Assembly: GCA_965552135.1 (NCBI GenBank)
Contig: CBEVQY010000045.1
Span: 1 to 13,330, forward strand
DNA length: 13,330 bases
Direction of reading: 5' to 3'
DNA from: an uncultured bacterium
GTDB lineage: Bacteria > UBP14 > UBA6098 > B30-G16
Shown here: positions 7,340 through 13,330 of the stretch, piece after piece
How the letters are laid out: each line of letters opens with the position of its first letter
Position numbering within the stretch: the stretch's first letter is position 1
Made by a program: the position numbers and the translations under genes
The notes under the pieces: model-generated
What the model saw: only the letters and a program-made list of their open reading frames with translations
Told to the model about the DNA's origin: nothing
Databases searched by the model: none

Positions 7340-8146
7340 TCAGAAGCGCATCACAGAGCGCACATAGATGGCGATAAGTCTTTCGCCCCACACCATAGAT
7401 ACAAGCGCCGCGGTGACGATAAAAGGACCGAACGGTATCGCCGTCCCGCCCTCTCGGCTTTTGGTCAGCTTACGGATCGCGATAACGACCGCTCCGCCGA
7501 GCGCGCCAAGCAGTGCAGCTATAAAAACCGTCAAAAGCACCCCCTTCCATCCGACGAGGGTTCCCACGGCCGCGATGAGGAATATATCGCCCTCGCCAAG
7601 CGCCTCCTTGCGGAAGGCTTTCTTCCCCAAGACCGCCACCGCCCAGAAGATAAGCGCACCAAGCGCCGCTCCAGCCACGGCATCGACCATACTGCGCCAT
7701 CCCGCCGAAAACGGCGCCGTGGAAACCCCAACCGCCGCTACCGCTATCGTCAACTCGTCGGGAATAACCCAGTGCCTCACGTCGATAACGGCGATCGAGA
7801 CAAATATAGGAAAGACGAGTAACGTTTTTATAATGTTCAGATAATCGGTGGGGGAGTAAATAAAATACGTAGCCGTGTACGCTGCAGCCACAAGAAGCTC
7901 GACGAATATATACTGCGGCGAGATCTTAGCTCCGCACGCTCTGCAGCGCCCACGGAGGAAGATGTAGCTTAGGATGGGGATGTTATCGTAGAACCTGATA
8001 TGCGCTCCGCAGATGGGGCAGTGCGACGGCGGGGAGATTATCGACTCGCCCCTCGGCAGGCGCCATATCAGCACGTTGGCAAAACTCCCCGCCGCAGCGC
8101 CCAGAAGAAACAGGAAAAACGCAACTATTGGGGAGTGTTCGACCAT
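7340..8146 (-). CDS. pilD: Type IV prepilin peptidase / N-methyltransferase (peptidase A24A)
   Basis: GSFANVLIWRLP, zinc-binding CPIC and CRAC, DNIPILSY, catalytic Asp motifs VIDVRHWVIPD and GEGD, C-terminal IPFGPF. Confidence 0.95.
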   Translation of the reverse strand: MVEHSPIVAFFLFLLGAAAGSFANVLIWRLPRGESIISPPSHCPICGAHIRFYDNIPILSYIFLRGRCRACGAKISPQYIFVELLVAAAYTATYFIYSPTDYLNIIKTLLVFPIFVSIAVIDVRHWVIPDELTIAVAAVGVSTAPFSAGWRSMVDAVAGAALGALIFWAVAVLGKKAFRKEALGEGDIFLIAAVGTLVGWKGVLLTVFIAALLGALGGAVVIAIRKLTKSREGGTAIPFGPFIVTAALVSMVWGERLIAIYVRSVMRF

Positions 8147-9834
8147 TTTCGTCCTCGCGCCGATTCTAAGGCACGGCGGTATCGCGCCCTAAGCCTCCCG
8201 TTATCGGGCAAAAGCGCCGCAGCGCGACCGAAGCAGTCCAAAGCCCTCGCGGTATCGTGGCACGCCCAGTAAAGCTCCCCGCAGCGATAGTTGACGTAGG
8301 GGCTGAAGGGAGCGATCCTCTGCGCCCTTTCGCAAAAACCAACGGCACCGCCTGTATCGCCCAACGCCAAGAGCGCAAAAGCCGCAACGGGGTAGGCGGA
8401 GACAAACCCCGAATCGAGCTCGATGAGGCGCGTTGAGTAGCGCTTTGCCATCGCGAAATCGCCCTTTGCCAGAGCCGCCGACGCCGCAACCCCAAGCGCG
8501 TTCGGATAGAGGCTGTCCTTCTCAAGCGCAAGCTGCGCGTAGAAGAACGCACTGTCGACCTCGCCCACGCTCAAAAACTCCCCCGCAAGCCCCGTGTAGC
8601 CCTCGGGGTTTTCGGGCGCGTCGCGCACAAGCCTGGCAAAGCCCGTCCAGTCATTGCGCCACCAAAAGCTGTAGGTAAAACCCAAACTCCACATGGCGGC
8701 AAGGTAAGCCAGAACGGCTATCCTCCCCAGTCTCGGCGCGCCGCGGAGACGGATGTTCCAAAGCCTCACAAGCCACCTCCCCACAACGACGCTCGCAAAG
8801 ACCGACGGCAGAAACGCAAACCTATCCGCCCAAAGCGCGCCCTGATGGGGCACAAGCCTCAAAGCCGGCAAAAGGAAGAGAAAAAATCCACACACGCAAA
8901 ACCAAAAGACCCTGCCTCTGCCGAACCTGGCAGCAGCTAGCGCGATCGCCGCAAGGGGCAACACCCACGCCAACCAAACGAGGGGCGAAAACATCCCGTA
9001 CCACTCGGCGTGGAGCGGCGAAAGCGTGAGGGGAAACAAAACGTTCTGGATGTACCGTATGATCAGGTAGGGGATCGTAAGAAGCGCCTGCGCCAAGCCG
9101 ACGGTCCTTATCGCATAGGCGCCCCAAACGCCGAGCACGTAGTGCCGAAGCGCAAAATACGCCGCGGTCGGCAAAAAGAAGACAAGCAGGCTCAAAAAAG
9201 CCCACACAAAGCCTTTCTTCTCGAAGAAGATCGCGTAGATCGGGAACAGCAATATCCCCGGCACAGCCGTCTCCTTCGACATCATCGCGAGCAGGAACGC
9301 CACAGGTGCAAGCCCCCACCTAAGGAGCGGTTTTCGGGAGGCAAACAGCAGGAGAGCCGCGATCAGGAACGCCGCGGCGGATACATCGGTAAGCCCTGCC
9401 ACCAGCGCCACCGACTCGGTGTGGACGGGATTCAGTGCGAAGAACGCCGCCGCCAATGTCGCCCCAAAGCCCTCGCCCAAAAGCCGCATCGCCAAAAAGT
9501 ACACCAAAACGACAACCACGCAGAACGCGAAAAGATTAAAGAGCCTAAAAAGGATCGCCCTCGCACCCCACAGTCGATACCCCAACCAGAACCAGAAGAC
9601 GGTTGCAGGTCTGTAATACGCCGGCAGCGACGTCGTCTGCGTGGGCGGCCAGAACGACTGAAAAAGAAGCCAAACCGGACTCCTCATCCTCAAAGCCGGG
9701 TTTTCGGCTATGAGGGTGTTGTCGTCCCAGATGAAGGAGCTTGAGAGGGATGGCGCGTACATCGCCGCAGCCAGCGCGATGATCCCCGCGACCCGCAGAA
9801 GATGTCTCCCCCAGCTTTTGGCTTTGCCATCCAT
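8125..9834 (-). CDS. TMTC-like GT-C family membrane glycosyltransferase (protein O-mannosyltransferase-like) with C-terminal TPRs
   Basis: FIWDD acidic loop, YYRP, FFALNPVHTESV, MSKETA, ADRFAFLPS and WRND motifs typical of TMTC-type GT-C proteins; many hydrophobic helices, then TPR-like helices (PENPEGYTGLA, YPNALGVAA, PFSPYVNYRCG). Overlaps the pilD start by 22 nt. Confidence 0.85.
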   Translation of the reverse strand: MDGKAKSWGRHLLRVAGIIALAAAMYAPSLSSSFIWDDNTLIAENPALRMRSPVWLLFQSFWPPTQTTSLPAYYRPATVFWFWLGYRLWGARAILFRLFNLFAFCVVVVLVYFLAMRLLGEGFGATLAAAFFALNPVHTESVALVAGLTDVSAAAFLIAALLLFASRKPLLRWGLAPVAFLLAMMSKETAVPGILLFPIYAIFFEKKGFVWAFLSLLVFFLPTAAYFALRHYVLGVWGAYAIRTVGLAQALLTIPYLIIRYIQNVLFPLTLSPLHAEWYGMFSPLVWLAWVLPLAAIALAAARFGRGRVFWFCVCGFFLFLLPALRLVPHQGALWADRFAFLPSVFASVVVGRWLVRLWNIRLRGAPRLGRIAVLAYLAAMWSLGFTYSFWWRNDWTGFARLVRDAPENPEGYTGLAGEFLSVGEVDSAFFYAQLALEKDSLYPNALGVAASAALAKGDFAMAKRYSTRLIELDSGFVSAYPVAAFALLALGDTGGAVGFCERAQRIAPFSPYVNYRCGELYWACHDTARALDCFGRAAALLPDNGRLRARYRRALESARGRKWSNTPQ

Positions 9835-9845
9835 CGCCGCAGGGC

Positions 9846-9878
9846 AAAAACAAAGGGGTGGAGCACCCGCCCCACCCC
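9846..9878 (-). terminator. Intrinsic (rho-independent) terminator after the pilin gene
   Basis: Minus strand GGGGTGGGGC-GGGT-GCTCCACCCC (10-bp stem, one G-U pair) followed by TTTGTTTTT. Confidence 0.85.
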
Positions 9879-9906
9879 CTTCTCAGGCAGCGCCTCAGAC
9901 CGAGGA

Positions 9907-10359
9907 TTACCAGGTGCCGCCGGTTATACGACCCTCCTGGTCGACCTCGAGGTTGACGACGTCATGCAGCGACGCATCGTAGGAGTTGGATGAGGTTGCG
10001 TACGCGTGGAACGTAGGACCGGACTGGTCGATCACGTAGGTGAACCTGGGGTAGCCGCTGGGCCTGTCGACCACAAGACCGGGCAGCGTGTTCCAGTTGG
10101 TGTTCTTTGTGGACGCGTCGTTGAACTGCCAGGTGCCGGCGCTCGAGCCGTCCGAAGGATCGCAGGGCGGATAGGCACCCATCTCCTGATAGTACGCCTG
10201 CGCCGCTGTGTAGATCTGCTTGAGGATCTGACGCGCCTCGCTTATCTTCGCCTTCTTCGACGCAGCAAGGAAGCGCGGAATAGCAAGCGCCGCCAGGATG
10301 CCGATGATCACGACCACGATCATCAGCTCAATGAGCGTGAAACCCTTTCTCCTACGCAT
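9907..10359 (-). CDS. pilA: Type IVa pilin, probably the major pilin
   Basis: Class III signal MRRRKG|FTLIELMIVVVIIGILAALAIP with E5; 150 aa; strong SD AGGAGGTG; own sigma54 promoter and terminator. Confidence 0.9.
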   Translation of the reverse strand: MRRRKGFTLIELMIVVVIIGILAALAIPRFLAASKKAKISEARQILKQIYTAAQAYYQEMGAYPPCDPSDGSSAGTWQFNDASTKNTNWNTLPGLVVDRPSGYPRFTYVIDQSGPTFHAYATSSNSYDASLHDVVNLEVDQEGRITGGTW

Positions 10360-10400
10360 CCATCACCTCCTGCTTCTGGTTCCCGTCCGCTTTGTTGAGC

Positions 10401-10417
10401 TGCAAAATCCGTGCCAA
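10401..10417 (-). promoter_or_regulatory. Sigma54 (RpoN) -24/-12 promoter of the pilin gene
   Basis: Minus strand TTGGCACGGATTTTGCA matches the consensus TGGCAC-N5-TTGCW, 41 nt upstream of the pilin ATG. Confidence 0.85.
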
Positions 10418-10503
10418 AAACGCACAAAACGACGCAATCACAAAAAGGTCAAAGCGTTATAGCAAACAAGCTCGAGGACTCAGCCCGCAGAAGGCGCCCT
10501 TTC

Positions 10504-10578
10504 GTTTGCAAAATGCAAACAAAAAAGGGAAGGGCGCGCGCGAACCCCAAAGGTCTGGCGAGTTCGCAATCTGCAAAC
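10504..10578. promoter_or_regulatory. Two 17-bp palindromic sites, candidate upstream activator sequences
   Basis: GTTTGCA-AAA-TGCAAAC (10504-10520, perfect arms) and GTTCGCA-ATC-TGCAAAC (10562-10578, one mismatch), upstream of the sigma54 promoter. Confidence 0.55.
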
Positions 10579-10582
10579 CGAG

Positions 10583-11350
10583 TCATTTTTGCTCCTTAGG
10601 CTCCCTCCTGTGGGCTTGTTGGCGCAGTTCGTCGAGAATCTTGAAGTCCTCCTCGTCGAGCTCCGCCTGCGGGATGAGGTCCGGTCGGCGCTCCATGGTG
10701 ATCCTCAAAGCCTCTCTGCGCCGCCAGCGCTCTATCTCCGCGTGATTCCCCGAGAGGAGAACCTCCGGCACAGCCCTGCCCATAAAGACCCTCGGTCTTG
10801 TGTAGTCCGGCGCCGACAGGAGCTTTCTGCCGCCTGCGAAGGAGTCGGTGGCGGCGGAGTCCTTGTCGCCCAAAAAGCCCGGGACAAGCCTCAGCGCGGC
10901 ATCGAGCATCACCATAACGGGGAGCTCCCCGCCCTGTATCACGTAGTCGCCGATGGATATCTCCTGCGCGCCCATAAGGTCGACTATCCTCTGGTCGAAC
11001 CCTTTATACCTGCCGGCGAAGAAGATGAGGACTTCGGCTTTTGCGAGCTTTTCCGCCCAGCTTTGGTCGAAGAGTGCTCCCCGCGCCGAGGGGACTATCC
11101 GAAGCGCTTTCTCCCTGTCCTCCGCGGGGATGGAGAGATACGCCTTTATCACGGGCTCGGGCTTTATGACCATTCCGCTCCCGCCGCCGTATGGCATGTC
11201 GTCGACGGTGCGGTGGGGGTCGTCGGTGAAGTCGCGGAAGTTTATGAGCTCAACCTCCAGAAGACCGCCCTCTCGCGCCCTCCTCACAAGACCGTGCTCA
11301 AGATAGCACGAAAAAAGCTCAGGGAATATGGAGAGGATGTAGACCTTCAT
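10583..11350 (-). CDS. trmD: tRNA (guanine37-N1)-methyltransferase
   Basis: MKVYILSIFPELF, NFRDFT..HRTVDDMPYGGGSGMVIKPEP, GRYKGFDQR, EISIGDYVIQGGE, DSF, PDYTRP, VPEVLLSGNHAEIERWR. ATG 11350 is preferred over GTG 11371. Confidence 0.97.
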   Translation of the reverse strand: MKVYILSIFPELFSCYLEHGLVRRAREGGLLEVELINFRDFTDDPHRTVDDMPYGGGSGMVIKPEPVIKAYLSIPAEDREKALRIVPSARGALFDQSWAEKLAKAEVLIFFAGRYKGFDQRIVDLMGAQEISIGDYVIQGGELPVMVMLDAALRLVPGFLGDKDSAATDSFAGGRKLLSAPDYTRPRVFMGRAVPEVLLSGNHAEIERWRRREALRITMERRPDLIPQAELDEEDFKILDELRQQAHRREPKEQK

Positions 11351-11539
11351 CGTAACCTTGCTCGCTTCCACAAATTTTTCAAGAGCCGTCGCTTCTCAAG
11401 ACTAAGTCCCACCACACCAAACGCCCTCGACAGACAACATTCCCAATTCCCTCATTTTTTCGAAAAGCTGCCACTACATGTCTTTCCCCGGCGTTGCTTC
11501 TAAGCCACTTCATCCCACCTTTCGCCGCTGTCCGGATGT

Positions 11540-11851
11540 TCACCTTCCCAGAACCCTCATCGTGTCCCTCAGCATCTTCTTAAACATCTTCCACGCCACG
11601 AAGAGCTGCGGCTCGGTTATGAGCCAAACGTTGAAAGCCCAGTTTCTGTCGATGGCGTCGGCGAGGTCGGCGAGCTTTGCAAGGACGTCCTTCTTCTCCT
11701 GATCCGACGAGAAAATCCCCAGCCTACTCAGTGCCTGCTTCGTCGCCTGCCAAGCCGCCCAGAGCTGAGGCTCAGTCACAAGATACGTCCTGAACGCCTG
11801 CGACTCCGTTAAATCCTCCATCAGGTCAAGCAGTTCGCCCGCAAAGCCCAT
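11540..11851 (-). CDS. Hypothetical helical protein (103 aa) with an internal two-fold repeat
   Basis: Probable start ATG 11851 (MGFAGELL); the ORF track starts at TTG 11887. Two 53-aa-period repeats share AF..(Y/W)L(V/I)TEPQL(W/F).AW, which supports coding status. Confidence 0.75.
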   Translation of the reverse strand: MGFAGELLDLMEDLTESQAFRTYLVTEPQLWAAWQATKQALSRLGIFSSDQEKKDVLAKLADLADAIDRNWAFNVWLITEPQLFVAWKMFKKMLRDTMRVLGR

Positions 11852-11910
11852 GCGCTTACCAGCCCAATTTAAAATATCCTGCCGCAAACAGCCTGCACAA
11901 GATCAAAAAA

Positions 11911-12312
11911 TCAGCATAGTCGATCCTCTCTGTGCGTCAGTTTGCCAGCGATGTAAAGCGAAACAGCCTCATCAATATCCTTGACGTCAGTACAAATCAC
12001 CTCAAGCCCGAGGCTTTTCATATCGTCATACGCGCCGGAACCCATCCTGCCGGCAATGAGGACATCACAATCCTTAATTACATCAAATATCCTCCGATGC
12101 CTCTCTGATGCTGTCGGTCCGTAGCCATGTCTTCCCTTCTCGTCGATCGGTGGATGCGTCTCTCCGTCAGCGAATTCCTTGTGACTCATTTTTCCTCTCG
12201 TCTCTTTGCTCACCACCTTACCGCCCTCTACGGTCACCACCACAAAGTACGGCGCACCGCCAAGGTGCTCACTTATCGTTGCTTTGTCCTCCGTCACGAT
12301 CGCAAGCTTCAT
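11911..12312 (-). CDS. NifB/NifX-family (dinitrogenase FeMo-cofactor-binding domain) protein
   Basis: MKLAIVTED..ISEHLGGAPYFVVV, His-containing insert, DCDVLIAGRMGSGAY..MKSLGLEV...DIDEAV. SD AAGGAGG lies 5 nt before ATG 12312. Confidence 0.9.
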   Translation of the reverse strand: MKLAIVTEDKATISEHLGGAPYFVVVTVEGGKVVSKETRGKMSHKEFADGETHPPIDEKGRHGYGPTASERHRRIFDVIKDCDVLIAGRMGSGAYDDMKSLGLEVICTDVKDIDEAVSLYIAGKLTHREDRLC

Positions 12313-12327
12313 CACTGCCTCCTTTCA

Positions 12328-13311
12328 TTAGAACTTTATCCTCCCACAAATAGTTGGCATGAAGGCAGGAGCGAAAGTGGCTTTATTCGCATAAGGTATC
12401 CTCAAGCCAAGGTCTATAGATCCTGCCTCCTCATCTCCAAAAGGTTGCCAACGGAACTTTATTACTATTCCGTGAGAATATGTATCACTGTCTTCAAGTT
12501 TCGCTCCGTCTTTATCCTTGTTGCTTCCGGCAATCCAACCCTGTGGACCGGCAACTACAACGAACCTGTGATCAAAAAGCTCACAGCCCGCGAAGAAGCG
12601 ATATCCGAACTTATCTCCAAGGTCCCAGCCCGACTTTGAAAAACCTTCTATCTCCTTAACCTTCCCAATATATTGATACCACACATCGCTGCAGAGAAAG
12701 AAATTTTCGGTGAAGTGAGGATGAGAGAGAAGCACAACTTTGAAATCATTCGTTCCGCTTCCTATGCCATTTTTTATTTTTTCGTCGGAGCTGATAGAAG
12801 GTTTGTAGCTAAGAGCAAGGAAAAGACCGTCCTCCCAATCGAAACCCAACAAACCAGGGGATCTTGAATACAGCAAATATTTGACCGAGAACCAAAGATC
12901 CTCAAGACCGTTATCATCGACATCCTTCCACACAGTTTTGCTCGCCTGCTTCGACCAAACCTGCCTTTTTAGGTCTTTCATAACATATGGGATAAAAACT
13001 CCCACACTTAACCTATCAATTATCCCATATTCTAATCCTATGGCAACTTTGGTTTTCTTTAGGTGCCAGTCATCGGGCAAATTCACCATTCTATCATAAT
13101 CCAACGAGTATGGCGAATCTGCGTGGAGTGCTTTCCATACTTCATCGGAGTAGCATTTTGTGGCTTGGATATATGCTGTTCTCCCTCGAATCTTGAGCTT
13201 GCCCTTGCCCACATCGTGAGGACAGCCAACCGTCTCTTCCGCAAAGACACCTCCAACGACCGAAAGGGCGAGAACGCCTCCAAAAAACACAGTCAGCACA
13301 TGCTTTTTCAT
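12328..13311 (-). CDS. Secreted protein, probable outer-membrane beta-barrel (phenol MetA-pathway/transporter-like)
   Basis: SD GGGAGGG; signal peptide ending GGVFA-E; alternating strands such as IGLEYGIIDRLSVGVFIPY, GLEDLWFSVKY and GIGSGTNDF; terminal Phe (CGRIKF). Confidence 0.7.
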   Translation of the reverse strand: MKKHVLTVFFGGVLALSVVGGVFAEETVGCPHDVGKGKLKIRGRTAYIQATKCYSDEVWKALHADSPYSLDYDRMVNLPDDWHLKKTKVAIGLEYGIIDRLSVGVFIPYVMKDLKRQVWSKQASKTVWKDVDDNGLEDLWFSVKYLLYSRSPGLLGFDWEDGLFLALSYKPSISSDEKIKNGIGSGTNDFKVVLLSHPHFTENFFLCSDVWYQYIGKVKEIEGFSKSGWDLGDKFGYRFFAGCELFDHRFVVVAGPQGWIAGSNKDKDGAKLEDSDTYSHGIVIKFRWQPFGDEEAGSIDLGLRIPYANKATFAPAFMPTICGRIKF

Positions 13312-13330
13312 CTTGCCCTCCCTTCAATCG

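Noticed and set aside
10521..10567. Possible trmD terminator (GCGAAC...GTTCGC stem, then a T-tract)
   Set aside because: The stem is irregular and separated from the T-run by about 13 nt; it also overlaps the second palindromic site.
7334..11503. Plus-strand ORFs opposite pilD, the GT-C, pilA and trmD (e.g. 7334-7822, 9010-9744, 10589-11503)
   Set aside because: Antisense shadows expected in GC-rich coding DNA; no recognisable motifs.
11911..12312. Evidence for nitrogen fixation
   Set aside because: NifB/NifX-family domains are widespread in non-diazotrophs, and no other nif genes are present here.

Overview
Bacterial chromosomal region, mostly minus-strand genes, about 60% GC by eye. A diderm FCB-like lineage is suggested by the TrmD GRYKGxDQR motif and abundant D-S/T-x sequons, but this is inference. 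Reading the minus strand from right to left: a lower-GC pair (putative outer-membrane beta-barrel and a NifB/NifX-family protein); a small two-repeat hypothetical protein; trmD outside its usual operon; a type IV pilin with a sigma54 promoter, then a terminator, a TMTC-like GT-C/TPR glycosyltransferase and prepilin peptidase pilD; a plus-strand DUF6512-like membrane protein; tRNA-Leu(UAA); a secreted beta-rich protein; a site-2 protease; a ~1327-aa Cys-rich secreted protein with a single Lys and seven 198-bp FG-GAP repeats with hypervariable positions; and a secreted DUF6259-like protein cut by the left edge and absent from the ORF track. The best candidates for new biology are a pilin glycosylation module (pilin, TMTC-like transferase, PilD) and a modular FG-GAP propeller adhesin with a variable binding face. 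All family assignments come from motif recognition; no searches were run.
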